In this document: positions 1-12,669 of the stretch, one piece after another
Numbering within the stretch: position 1 is the stretch's first letter
Layout: each line of letters begins with the position of its first letter
Origin: Eledone cirrhosa
Lineage: Eukaryota
Reading direction: 5' to 3'
Assembly: GCA_964016885.1 (NCBI GenBank)
Contig: OZ024741.1
Location: 206,274,001 to 206,338,000, forward strand
DNA: 64,000 bases
Translations under genes and position numbers: made by a program
The notes under the pieces: model-generated
Seen by the model: only the letters and a program-made list of their open reading frames with translations
The model's database searches: none
What the model was told of the DNA's origin: nothing

Positions 1-335
1 CCTGATGGTATCCAATGATGTTGACTTGTTCTTCTTTTTGGTAAATATCATCTTGGTTAAGAGAGTGGGACTGGCTTTGTGCAGTGCCTTTTCTCACTAT
101 AAAAGCTTCACGGCACAGGCATTGCTTTATATCTGGCGATCTCTCTGCACTTGTCGTCACATGGTGCCATGGGCCCAGCACTATGTGTCAATAATTGTCA
201 CAAGTGTAGTGTTTGTACCAGAGTTTTCAAGTCGCTGGCTGGACTAAAAAGTCACACTTGTTTAGCGCATCGGCAGGGGTTCTCCTACACGGATATAAAG
301 TAGTGGCCGTATTCGAAAACGAGTTGGCAGCCACC

Positions 336-2110
336 ATGTATGTATTTATGTATGTATGTATGTATGTATGTATGTATGTATGTATGTATGTATGTATGTA
401 TGTATGTTTTTCTGGCTTTTATATTTTATAAAGTTTCACCAACAGAGACAGAGTCGGTTTCTAACAGAGAAACTAGCCCATTTCATTGGAATTGAGACAA
501 CATCAATTAGATAAATACATAGGATTATCTGTATGTGTTTATGTGTTTGTATAGGTATTGATTTTATTGTATGTGTGGATCTGTATGTTATGGGTTACAT
601 GTGTACACGTGCTCATATTTCTGTATCTATACATGTGTTTTATGCAGTTATTACATGTTGAATTTCTGAAATGTATTGTTAGAGTACTATTAAATATATT
701 GTTAGAGTACTATTAATGGACTGTACTTGTAAATTTCTAACTAGCTGTGTTCTTTCAGGTTATGTGAAGAATAGCTTCTTAAGATTTGTACTGAGGCAAT
801 TAGTAACATATCCAAGTTCCCCAATGGTCACATGTACACATCTAAATAGAGTTAGGGTGGAGTATCTGCAGATTCCTCATTCCTTTTCACGAATCTTTAG
901 CATTATATTGACATCTGGGCTGCTGACTTCCATTACTGTACATGCCTTTTCGTCTCTGTTCCATATCACTATATCCAGTCTGTTATATTTGTAATTTATT
1001 GGGTTTTTGTCTGGGATATTCCATCAGTATTCTTTCATATTATGTATGCGCATGCCATCCGCATCACTAACTTTTTATATATTTATTGTCAGGACTGTAC
1101 ATTGTACGGATTGCATTGTATAATGTTTTGGCCACTACCTCATGCCTCACAGGCAGATAATATCGTCATGTTACCAGTGTGGGATATGATGCGAAACTCA
1201 AATGCTCTGTTTCAGGTAGAGGCAGTCTATGTCGCTGTTTATGTGGAAATTTCTGGTGCCGGTTAGAACTTTCCGGGTTTTAACATCAATTGTTTCGGAT
1301 CTCATTTAGCGTTCAATCAAGTATTCCAAATGTCGGTTTCAGCACAGACAACAAAATCATTATAGGCTATTCATTTATTTTGTGCAGAGAGTTCCGAATA
1401 TCATCATAGGATATATTTTCACCTATCTCTAAGTATTTTAGTAGTCTTTGTCAGATACCGGTGAAACAGTCAGGCCATTGATAAAGATGTTAGATTGGTC
1501 TATAGATTTTCCTCGCTTTTCAATCATATAGGAAAATATATTCTGATCAAACTCCATTCTTATATCTCTCGAACACATCCTTACTAGGTCAAAACTTTTC
1601 TTCATACCATTTATATTCTTGGAAAAAAGGTGTGCGTTAGGTTTGTGTTTCTTGCCTCCTGTGAACCAACTACGTATCCTTCATATTGCTTCAGCGTAAA
1701 GCGAAAGGTGTTTACTGTATAGATAGTATCACATAGTATCACAAAGAGAAACGGTCTCCTTGAAATACACTCTTGCCATACTCTATTTTATGAGTGACAA
1801 TACCGTCCTTCTTCTCTGTACTTAACTTGAAGAAGGTAGGTTCTCTATGGCTCTGATTATGGATTCGAGTACTTTAGCGAGTTGAAGGGCGTTAAGCATC
1901 CAAGAATTAAATGCCTTTCTGTAATCCAGTCACATTGTAGCCAAGTTTCTCCTATGGTGGCGCACCTCTGACATTGTGGTTTTGTTAATTAGGGGTTGCA
2001 CAGCACAACCCAAATTCCTTTTCTTCCAGCTGCATGTTCATCTGTGATGATATAGTTATTTTCAACGTGATCCTGTTAACATTTCTATTATCACCAAGAC
2101 AATGCTTACA
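336..2110 (-). mobile_element. Degenerate RLE-type non-LTR retrotransposon (R4/Dong/NeSL-like) with (ATAC)n at its 3' end
   Basis: Minus-strand manual translation gives broken RT motifs (AAGRKGIW..LINKTTMSEVRHHRRNLATM*LDYRK; THLF..KNINGMKK..DIRMEFDQ), a zinc-knuckle-region motif (LPVRHEVVAKTLYN) and an RLE motif (YNRLDIVIWNRDEKACTVMEVS). The element ends at the (TATG)n tract 336-406. Confidence 0.8.
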
Positions 2111-2448
2111 GCCGTTGTTAGGGCATATAGACAATTATTAATGGGCTAACGTTTGGCGACCTTAATGTTTCGTAAATATTCACCTCCAAATACGTCGATA
2201 GTACTCAGAACGTCTTTATTTTTTTTTTTTTTTTTTAATTAATATTGTTATATGTCTTTTTTCGAGAGAAATTTCATACATACATTAATCTCTTTTTGGA
2301 AAGTTTGACCAAAGATATATATTAACTATTTATACTCTTAAATTTCCAACTAATTGTAGATTTGACGGTATTTTAATGTTGATGGTTAATAGGACTGCGA
2401 AGTACAACAGTCGAGGTAAAGTCAGTTATGACATGTGATTTATATATG

Positions 2449-2679
2449 TCACCGGCAGGGGTATTTCAAAACTTTATGGATTCCAGAACACTTTCTCTTG
2501 TACCAACTGATGTTGAATTTTCTGTGGTTCGAGTCGAGAGGGAAATCAGAAAAATTATCTTTCAATCCTGGCTGACAAAGACCAACGGCCATGAGGGCAC
2601 GAATTAGAGGTGTCGTCAATGGTCTGTCCTCGAAAAACAAAACATAGAGCAAAAGTCCAGGAAATGTCGCAAATACCAA
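2449..2679 (-). mobile_element. hAT-like transposase N-terminal (TTF zinc-finger-like) fragment
   Basis: ORF contains GLCQP..FP..RKFNISWY, resembling the GPxQP..FP..RxF..WY motif of hAT/ZMYM TTF domains. Confidence 0.5.
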
Positions 2680-2954
2680 ATTGTTCTAAAATCTGACTAA
2701 TGATAAACAGTAACAACATAAATAAAAATATTATATATATTTTTTCTATATATACACACAATATATAGATATATATATTTGTGTGTAAATACTCATGCAT
2801 AATTATACTTTTAATTAAATATTAGGTTAAAAACCTGAGTATCGAGAATAACATAAGCATGTATTACAACATTTCAAACAAATAGAATAATATAGAATTT
2901 AGATATCAAATCATATATTTATATTTACAAATCAAAGAATATAATAATCGGTTT

Positions 2955-3134
2955 TTAATGAGATCCCTGTGATTGATGCAAGGCTACTAATTTGTCAATG
3001 TTTGGTGTGAAAGCCATTAGAGAGAGTCGTAGATCACCTCTTCTTTGTATATCAAGGCGATTTTGACTTTTTGAAAGCAGATGCATCACCTGACTGAAAC
3101 CTGACTCAACTAAATAAGATGTGGGGAAAGCAAG
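2955..3134 (-). mobile_element. hAT Charlie/Buster transposase C-terminal fragment
   Basis: Manual translation LAFPTSYLVESGFSQVMHLLSKSQNRLDIQRRGDLRLSLMAFTPNIDKLVALHQSQGSH* matches the typical Buster/Charlie dimerisation-domain terminus. Confidence 0.85.
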
Positions 3135-4104
3135 TAAAAAAAATTTAACGTTTTTATTCGACGGAATATTGTCTACACTTTTTTTTAGATGCAGTTGCCA
3201 TTTTATCCGAAATATTATATTTTTTAAATAAACAAGAGATTGGTCTTAACTTCTAGTCTTATTAGAGATTAAGCGTTTTCTTTACGTTGTTGTAGTTAAG
3301 GATTCGTAATTACATGTGTAATAAGTTATGTGTTTAGAATTATAGCCTAGGGGGCCCATCTAGACCGACAGGAAAGCCAGCCCCCCCACCCCGTTAGTTA
3401 CGCCATTGGTCTGATCTAGGAGACTTCTCACTTAGTGATGTTAATGTTATTCTTATGTTGGATAAACATTGTTTCCTAACGTAATCGTTTGGCTGTAAAA
3501 TAATTTAGCTCTGTGTGAAATTCGGCTCAATGTAGCATCATTTTGTTCATATAGGCAACAGAGTGATTCTTTATTTGCCATTTTATAACAAATAAATATA
3601 TCGTTATTGAGTTCGCAACTCCAAGAGAAATGCAATTTATCTATTTGGTAATTCTGTTTACCTTTCTCGTTGTTGTTTTTCTTGGACTCCTTACTAGTGA
3701 AGTTGATGTTGATAACGTGTCCATATAAAGTGAAGTAAATCTTTAGACAAGTATGTCTATAATTTCGAATAAAAGGTGTCATCAGAAGAATATCCAGTTA
3801 TTTAACAAGGCTGGTAGTCGTAGCATTGGAGAGTATTGAAGTTAAATTTAATGATTAGTCTACCACGCCATACGTGTGGCTGCTCGTGGTGTATGTATGT
3901 ATCTAGTTCATTTGTCCGTTTTCTTCCCTTTGCAAAATTTGAATTTTAGCCATGTTATATTGAGATGTAAGTAAATGTAAAATGTAAAATATAAATAAGG
4001 ATTGCTCTGGCAAAATATACGAAAATATATTCAAATTTTGCAAAGAGAAGAAAACGGACAAATGAACTAGATACATCTCACTGCCCCCCCCCCACCACAA
4101 ACTC

Positions 4105-4270
4105 TAATAATAATAATAATAATGTTTCTGCTTTTGGCACGGAGCCAGCGATTGTTCCAGCGCATTACTGGTGCTCTCTTTTGTTGACACCGTGGGGATG
4201 AAAGGCAAGGCTGACCTTGGCGGGATTTGAGCGCGAAGCGTGGTGGACCATAGCTCTATGCTGTAAAGCA
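4105..4270 (-). mobile_element. tRNA-derived SINE copy, A-to-G hypermutated on the + strand
   Basis: Aligns with the SINE copies at 43601-44171 and has a (TAA)n tail at 4105-4123. Confidence 0.8.
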
Positions 4271-4373
4271 ATTATAATAATACTGAACGGTAACACGAAC
4301 GGCTTCAACTATACGAACTCTTTTGAAAGTCAACAGTTGACATAATCTTGTAATCTTGTATCAGTAATGACGG

Positions 4374-4426
<53 letters not shown>

Positions 4427-4429
<3 letters not shown>

Positions 4430-4539
4430 GTAATAAAATGAAAACGAAATTTCATTTCTCACTCTTAGTACGGCACTTACTTAAATGTAAGTATGTATGT
4501 ATACGTACATACATATATGTATACAGACGTACAGTAGCA

Positions 4540-4599
<60 letters not shown>

Positions 4600-5062
4600 C
4601 AGGTACACATACATATATGTACGTATCAGTTTAGCGGACGCTTATTATAGCGCCCGCTTTGTTCGTTTGTAAACAAACTGAACAGCCTGAATTTATGCCG
4701 TACGGTGTTAAGGCAACCACGTCACCTTTTTGTTCAACACTGACACAGGAACGATGTACTAGTTTCAAGCTTGTTAGCTATCATCAGCATCGTATACCCT
4801 TCTGCCAGATGGTTGAACGTTCGAAAGTATATACTTTCCTTATGAAAATTAACGGCTGAGCAGCCTAATTTGCATATCGAGTGAGTCCGGCCAGGCGTAC
4901 CGAGAACGACAAGTTGTAATAAAATGAAAACGAAATTTCATTTCTCACTCTTAGTACGGCACTTACTTAAATGTAAGTATGTATGTATACGTACATACAT
5001 ATATGTATACAGACGTACAGTAGCATGCTAAACTGATACGTACATATATGTATGTGTACCTG

Positions 5063-5112
<50 letters not shown>

Positions 5113-5168
5113 TGCTACTGTACGTCTGTATACATATATGTATGTACGTATACATACATACTTACATT

Positions 5169-5170
<2 letters not shown>
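4427..5170 (-). repeat. HHR family A unit (retrozyme/PLE-like), tandem plus inverted segment, between (TA)n tracts
   Basis: GTTGTAATAAAATGAAAACGAAATTTC recurs at 4427 and 4913, and an inverted segment follows from ~5027. Homologous to copies at 47176, 53397 and 57205. Confidence 0.85.
4751..4793 (-). ncRNA. Minimal type I hammerhead ribozyme (family A)
   Basis: Minus strand reads ACGATG-CTGATGA-TAGCTAACAAGCTT-GAA-ACTAGT-A^CATCGT: full core, 6-bp stem I, AGCT/AGCT stem II, palindromic stem III and GUA cleavage site. Confidence 0.85.
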
Positions 5171-5205
<35 letters not shown>

Positions 5206-5384
5206 AAGTGAGTAGCGTGTGTGTGTTTGTTTGAATGTATGAGTGTTGGTGTGTGCGCGCGTATGTATGTGTGTGTGTGCGCGTGTGTGTATGTCGTACG
5301 TATAAGTGTCAATAAGTGAGTTTTTTTTATGCGCTGGGACATAGAAATAGTCGGCCTGAATACCCGATCGCGCATTTAAACCAC

Positions 5385-5607
5385 TGGGAGTGAAGAACCC
5401 CTAGCCCTTGTCAGGGCATTCTTCTATGAGAAGGCATCTCAGGAAACTGGGTTAACTCCGACATAAACCCTGCGGCTCAGTAGTTACCGGTGATGTTGAT
5501 CTTTTCTTCTTTTCGGATTGTAGTTACTGTCGCTCAGAGAGTGGGATTGGCTCAGTGCACAGTCTTTCCTCACTTTAAAAATATTCATCACGCACAGGCA
5601 TTGCACG
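5385..5607. repeat. Unclassified interspersed repeat, also present at 1-125
   Basis: GATGTTGA..GAGAGTGGGA(C/T)TGGCT..TCTCACT..GCACAGGCATTGC is shared between ~17-125 and ~5490-5604. Confidence 0.55.
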
Positions 5608-5619
5608 ATTGCATTCCAA

Positions 5620-6395
5620 AAATCCCTGGCCTGGCAGTGCTACCGGGGAGTGCTGCCGGTTCGAGATAAGCTCTACAGCCACGGAAGTGCCGTCAGCCGA
5701 GCCTGTCCGAGATGCGCGCAGAGCGACGAAACCGTCGTGCACGCACTCGTTCAGGCACGCCCGAGCATTGCTGACTTGTGGAGCTATGTCGAACAGTTGC
5801 TGTCACGTGTGGGACTGATCCCGTTGTCGACTGAGTCCATTGTGCAGATGGTCTCGCCGTCTTCCTTAAGTTTTCATCTGCCTGGTGGCCATGGCGAAAG
5901 AGATTGTGTGGTGGACAAGGTTGAAAGTGTTAAAGACAGACACTTTCCTCTTCGGCGAATCCCTAATTAACTTTTTCAAGTTTCACTTGAAGAGGAAAAT
6001 CAGGGTGAAGAGGCAAGTGGTGCCTTCTAGAAAGTTTGTTGAAAGGTGGGTGAATGTAGCGAGAATGGTCCGAGTGAATGGGACCGCTCTGAATATACGT
6101 CTGTAGTTTGAGAGATGGAAAAATTGAGAGAGGGCGCTTGCCCTGGTGGTCAGGGTGGCCGTGGTCTTTTATGTGGTTTTCGCCACGAGTAACCCTCGGA
6201 GTAATTTTTCATTGTTTCAAGTTTCATTTTTATTGTTTATATATATATATGTTTCTATGTCTTTTTTTTTCCTTTTCTTATATAAATAATAAAAATATTT
6301 ACACGCACAAAACCCACATCGTATCGTCCTGTACCGTCCTGTGCCGTCTGTAATGTTTTTCTTGATCTCAGCCCTTGTGGCTAATAAAGAAATCA
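5620..6395 (+). mobile_element. Tx1/L1-like LINE 3' end (C-terminal cysteine-rich domain and 3' UTR)
   Basis: LPVRDKLY..CPRC..ETVVHAL and AKEIVWWTR motifs, homologous to 39200-39560. AATAAA near 6383 is followed by a TTA-rich tract. Confidence 0.85.
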
Positions 6396-6419
6396 TTAAT
6401 TAATAATTATTAATAGTGT

Positions 6420-7545
6420 ATTATTATTATTATTATTATTATTGTTCTTTGAGTCTCAGTCATGGATGTTATTTAAGGACGTATTCAGGACGTATCGGAG
6501 GGTTCTTGGTGTTCCCAGCAAGCATGCCTTTTGAAGCGTTCCAAAAAGCATGAAGGGTCCAATTTTCTTTAACCATCCCTGGAAACTTTTTGAGATAGTA
6601 CCTAGTGCGCCTATGACAATCGGGACCACTTTGACTTCATGGCAGTTCCAAATCCTTTTTACCTCCCACTTTAAGTTCTGGTATCGGTTAATTTTCTCCC
6701 TCTCCTTCTCTTGCACTCTCGTGTCGAATGGGCAGGCCACATCCACAATCAGGCACTATCTTTTTTCTTTGTCCACAACCACCAGGTCAGGTCTATTGTG
6801 TTCCAGTTTCCTGTCTGTCTGTATCCTAAAATCCCACAGCACCTTCACCTGATCGTTTTCTATCACCAACTCTGGCTTATGCTCATACCACTTCTCAGAA
6901 TGTGGTAAATTGTTTACTTTGCAAAGGTGCCAGTGGATCACCCTGTCCATCACATCATGTCTGCAGCCCTTATAGTGAGTCTGGGCTAGGTGTTTACACT
7001 CGGATACAATGTGAGCCACAGTCTCCCCTCTCTCTCCACAGATCCTGCTCAGTGGGCTAGCCTCTTCCTTGTAAATATGGTGTTTCAACCACTTCGTTTT
7101 GAGGGCCTGCTCTTGCACAGCCATTAACATTCCTTCTGTAGCCTTTTTAAGGTCTCCTCTTTTCAACCAGTTCCATGTCTGTGGATCTCTGAATTCAGTT
7201 TTCTCAAAGAATGTACTATGAAGGGATTTTTCCTGAAGGCTGCTCTTTCTCCTTGTTGTTATTTCCTCCTTGGACATCTCCTGGTCTATTGTCTTCTCCT
7301 TCAGTACAGTTCTGGGCATTGGCTCCTTACTATCAGTCACGTATTTGTGTAGGTTGTTTTTCTCCATCTGAACACAGTCCTCTATACTGATAAGACCTCT
7401 TCCACCTTCAGATCTCCTTAAGTAGAGTCTATCGACTTCACTCCTCTTGTGGAGCATGTTGTAGATAGTCAATAGCTTCCTAGTCTTCCTATCCCTTTCT
7501 TTTTGTTCAGCAACATTCGCACTGTACCTAATAATAGACACAGCT
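6420..7545 (-). mobile_element. 5'-truncated R4/Dong-like LINE (RT C-terminus, CCHC, RLE endonuclease)
   Basis: ORFs 6756-7541 and 6456-6746 contain RLYLRRSEGGRGL, ETVAHIVSEC, RHD, WDFRIQTDRKLEHNRPDLVV, DVACP and VPIVIGALG. (TAA)n tracts flank both ends. Confidence 0.92.
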
Positions 7546-10500
7546 TATTATTATTATTATTATTTGCATTTATCTTGCTTTATGTTCATACGAGTTATCA
7601 CCAAGTCACAACCAGTGACCTCAAGAGACAACAAGGTCCGCCATGTTCAAGAAAGAACATACATATTCACACATGCATCCTTAGTGTTTAGACTTGTGAT
7701 GTACTTATATTGACAGGATCTTCCTTAGTATATGGGCAGTTCCCATTAGTACTATCTTTTGTATTTCTCCTATACGCGGGTTTCCTGGGATTTGCGATAA
7801 GTAGTCGTTAGACCCCTTAGGTATCATTCCCAGAGCGCCTACAACCACTGGTATTGTTTTAGTTCTCAATTTCCACATTTTTCCAATTTCTATCTCCAGG
7901 TCCTTATACTTGCTTAATTTTTCAAATGTTTTTATAGATACATTCTTGTCTATTGGAACAGACATATCAATTAGCAGGCATACCCTCCTTTGAAAGTCCT
8001 TCAATATTATATCAGGTCTATTTGCATCTATTTTTCGGTCTGTTTGGATGCTAAAGTTCCACAAGATTGAGATGTGATCTTTTTCAAGGTGGTTGATGCT
8101 CCCACTAATTCTTTTGATGGGGCAGGTCAAAATGCGTACACATTATCCAATGTATGTATTGTGCAGCTCTGTCATGCCTGTTTAGGTATTCGGTTGGAAC
8201 TATAGGACTGCACATTGAAATTATATGGTCAATGGTCTCTGGTTGTTTTTTGCATACACGGCATAATGGGCTGCACCCATTTTTTATTATGTTGGCTTGG
8301 TAATTTTTTGTTGGCAGACACTGATCTTGTGCCGATATAATCAGTCCTTCAGTCTCCGATTTCAGTCCAGAGGATGCCAACCACTGATGGGTTAAAGTTT
8401 TGTCAACATCAGGATTGTTAGCTCGCTCTGGGTATTTTCCATACAGAGGCTTTTCTTGCCATTTCTTAGCCAGTTTCTGTAGCAGTTCTTTCTTTGCAGT
8501 TACTTTTACCTGCTTTGCTTTTTCTGTGTTTTCCATTTCAGCAGTAAATGGGACTTCTGAAATTTGTAGTCCATTACTGTATCTTTGTGCATCTTTTGTA
8601 ATGGAATATGATCTTTTGGTGCTTTCGTGTTTCAAAACGAGTTTGATCATCCAATCATGTGATTCCCTTAGATATGTGGATAATCCAATTGTTGCAGTTT
8701 TCAACGCAATGTCTAACTGGATTAACCCACGTCCTCCTTCTTTCCTAGGGAGATATATTCTATCTATGTCTGCCTTAGGGTGATGCATTCTGTGCATGGT
8801 TAAGAATTTTCGGATTTTTGTATCGAGCCTACGGATCTCTGTGCTTGACCAGTTGATGACATTGTAACTGTAGGTTACTACTGGTATGGCAAGCGTGTTT
8901 ATGGCATCGATCCTATTCCTTGCATTCAATTCCGTTCTTAAGATTGCTCTGACTCTGCGGTAACATTCCTTCCTTATCCTTTCCCTCATTGTCGAGTGCT
9001 TGATTCCGTCTCCTTCACAAACACCTAGATATTTGTAAGTTTTTTCTTGATCAAGCTCTCTTATCACGTTCCCCCGATCAAGATTAATGTCTGAACTCTT
9101 CAGCAGCTTTCCTCTGGTGAACGTTGCTTTGGCGCATTTATCCAGTCCAAACTCCATTTTAATGTCATCACTGAACTGCTTCACAGTGGATAATAGCCCT
9201 TGCAATTGTTCATCTTTTTTTGCAAATAGTTTCAGGTCATCCATGTAGAACAGGTGATTAATGGTTTTGTCATAGACTCTATATCCATGTTTTGTTTCAT
9301 TGAGCATTTTACTTAATGGTATAAGTGCGATGCAGAATAAAAGCGGTGATAAAGAGTCACCCTGAAAAATTCCACAATTAATATTAACTTCTCCAGCTTC
9401 CAGTGATTTTGTTTCACTATTCAAAAGGAGTGTCGTTCTCCATGTCTTCATACTGAATGACAAAAACCTCCTGACAACGGGGGATATTTTGAAAATCTCT
9501 AAACATTTTTCAATCCAACTGTGTGGCAAACTATCGAATGCTTTTTTATAATCTATCCAAGCAATCGATAGATTTTTGTGTCTATTATGACAATCTTCCA
9601 GTATCATTTTGTTAACCAGAAGCTGATCCTTACAGCCATATGAGCCTCGTTTACACCCTTTCTGCTCAATGGGAAATAGGTCATTTGTTATCAGGTGGTC
9701 ATATGTGTATTCAGTTAGGACTGATGTTAAAATTTTATACATTGTGGTCAAGCAGGTTATCGGTCTGTAATTTTTGGGATTGTTTGTCTCATCATTCTTC
9801 GGTAGCAGGAATGTAATGCCGTTAACTAGCCATGATGGTATCTTTTCTGGCTCCTTAACTATTTCATTGTAAAGTTGGGCTAACAGCTCATGAGACTCTG
9901 TGAAGGCATTTATCCAAAAGTTTTGTATTTTGTCTTTTCCTGGGGATTTCCATTTGTTGGTTTTTCTTAGAGCCAAGCGCAACTGTTCAACTGTTATATT
10001 TTCCCATGTTTGTTCTTCAAGGTGAGCTGTTTCTTTCTTTTGTCTGTCTATCCATGGGGCATGTATGTTATGAACTTTTTCTTCGGCCCAGATCTTTTCC
10101 CAGAATTCTTGCACTTCCTCCTTGGGTGGTATTGATTTAGCAGATATTGTTGACTTACCAATTTTTCTGTAGAAGTTTCTTTGGTTGTTTTTGAACATAT
10201 TATTGTCCTTATAGAATCTCGATCGTTTTTCAAAGCGCCTTATACGAGCAGCTTTGGCCGACACTTTTTGCTTGATTGTTTCTATCAGCATGTCTATGTC
10301 ACATGTTGATCTTATACTGTACTTTTTTTTCAATTTTCTAAGTTTAGTTTGTTTAACATGTTCACCTACTTTATAGTTTGTTAAAATTTCTATGTCAGAT
10401 CGGAGAAGGTTTATTTGGCGATTGATGTTATCTTGCCAAGTAGATTTCTTGTGGGAATTCCTTTGTTTTTTCATCTTCACTCCACATAAGTGAGTGGTGA

Positions 10501-11520
10501 CTTTAGCCGATGCATAATAGAGATGATTTAAGTCAGTAATGTTTAGTTTGTTTGTGATGATAATGTTTTTGAGAATTATGTTAGTCTTGTGTATTATCTT
10601 TTGGTTCTGTTTGGAGTTCTGGATCTTAGGGAGGGTGTTTCGTTGCCCCATGTCAGATTCTTTCATTTTCATCCATTCGATCATAATTTCATCCTTCAAG
10701 TTGGCAAGTTCATTCTCATTCATTTCTTTATCATTTACGATCTCATTATTTTCATTTGGAATTTCATCCTGAGCATGCACTCCCTCCACTTTTTCGCTCC
10801 TTTCTTTAATTTGTTCTGTTGCCAGTGATTCCGCCCCAACCCTGGGATTCGAAGTGTTACAGTTTACCTCGTTTTCACTGACAAATGCTTCATTTTCCCT
10901 TCGCTGACTTTGTGCTACTAGCTTGATCTGATCAATTTCTATATCATTTTTTTCTTACAATATTTCTTCGTATATTGGCTAGTTTGTTACTGTCAATATA
11001 GCCTCTGTTTTCAGGATGTTTCTTTTTCCAGTTGATATATGTCTGTTCTGTATTCGATGTATTTGATGGGTAGTACATGGCAGTGTAGAAAGCCTCAAGG
11101 ACTTCTTTATTATCTTCCCTTGACCATTTTTCTCTCTTTTTCTTTGGATTTCTTGGTGGTGAGCATGGAGGGCCAACAGTAGGAGTATTCCGGTTATGGG
11201 AGGTCTCCAGCTCCGAAGTGATGGGAAGGTTTGAACCATTAGCTGATTTTTCGACCCCAGTCTGGTTCCTCTCTGAGCAACGCGGCCCTTTTTTACCCGG
11301 GTGACGGCCGATCCGGTATGAGATTTTATCATTAGACATTTACTTTATTTTTTCGCGTTTTATCCTTATCCGCCAAGGGGGTAATCATTTCGTGTTACCA
11401 CTTCTAGAACGAGTGTCAACCAAGACTAGAGGGGTCGTTCTCCCCTAGAGATACGGCTATTCCCCGCCGGCCGCCATCCCGGTATTTCTTGGTCACGGGG
11501 TTTTCTTTTTGTTTTGTTTT
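7546..11520 (-). mobile_element. Near full-length R4/Dong-like LINE (single RT-RLE ORF with a few disablements)
   Basis: ORF pieces 10944-11339, 8105-10789 (KSPGKD, YRPITCL, WIDYKKAFDS, GIFQGDSLSPLLF, YMDD, CRVC..H..C) and 7705-8130 (NRPDIIL..IDMSVP..K..KY). (TAA)n tail at 7546-7563 and a GC-rich 5' UTR. Confidence 0.95.
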
Positions 11521-11699
11521 TTTAAATTGTTATTATCATGAGTGGTTCCTTAATGTGAGCATTGCGTGGCTTAAGAATGAAATTATTAATAATTGTCTCC
11601 ACTCTAGGCACAAGGCCAGCAATCACCCAGTGCATTACAATAATATAATATACTTTTTATTGTAGTTGGCTGTTATTTTTGTTGGCTATGTCGGTGGTG

Positions 11700-12553
11700 G
11701 CATAACTCTGCAAAACGCAGAGTTCAAGATTTTGGTCAAGGTGCAAGCAAAGAGGTTGGAGCTTGTCGTTGGTGGTCTGATGGGAGAGGCGCAGACATGC
11801 GCCATTTCTGACATATCCATCCACGACAACCTCCACCTCATGCGATACATCGTAGAGAGGGTAGCTAGGGAACCTGGCTCGGGTGGGTCCTTGATCAATT
11901 TAGATCAGTCGAAAGCTTTCGATAGGGTCGACCATCGTTACCTAGCGGCAGTCCTGAAGGCAGCTGGCATTGGGCTCGTCTTCAGAGGCTGGATCGCAGC
12001 CATGCACAACGACATCTGCTCTGTGGTGAGAGTGAACGGTCACCTTTCAGAAACGTTCAACATCATGCGCTCGGTCTGCCAAGGATGTCCCCTCTCGTCC
12101 CTCTTGTACGTATTGACTCTCGAGCCATTACTGCACAAACTGAAGCCGTTGAGGGGGCTCCCGCGCGAACTAGGATGCGGAAGATCCGTGTCAGCATATG
12201 CGGACGATGTCACCGTAGTGGTGTCGAACGCCAAACACATCGAGGCGATCGGCACTAAACTAAGAGAATATGAAGCGGTGACAGGAGCAATGATCAACCA
12301 GGAAAAGTCAGTGGGCCTGCAGCTCGGCACCTGGAGAGGCAGGTCCATGCCGTCAAACAGTGTCGTCGGGCGCTGGACGGACGGACCGGTTAAATTGCTA
12401 GGGGTCTGGTTCGGTCCGGACCTCCAGACGGACAAAAACTGGGACAAGATGACGAGCAGGGTGGCTTCTCTCACCCAGAAATGGGCGGAGAGGAAGCTAT
12501 CCCTGAAAGGTCGAGCGGAGGTGGCTAACGCGTTCCTCGCGTCCGTCATCTAC
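11700..12553 (+). mobile_element. Internal Tx1/L1-like reverse transcriptase fragment
   Basis: ORF 11666-12574 contains LDQSKAFDRVDH, QGCPLS, YADD and KLLGVWF. It has no EN domain or 3' end and is flanked by two halves of a SINE. Confidence 0.9.
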
Positions 12554-12669
12554 TTTATTTTATCGACCCCGTAAACAAGTTAAAGAATTCGACGCTATGC
12601 AAATCATCCATCGTAGGTGTGGGATCTTGTGGTTGGTGCAGGGATAGCGTTAAATATGCATTTAAAATA

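Noticed and set aside
8400-8783. Antisense ORF repeated at 50374-50757, plus similar antisense ORFs over Tx1 and Gypsy
   Set aside because: Shadow frames of retroelement coding sequence. The repetition only reflects two copies of the same LINE.
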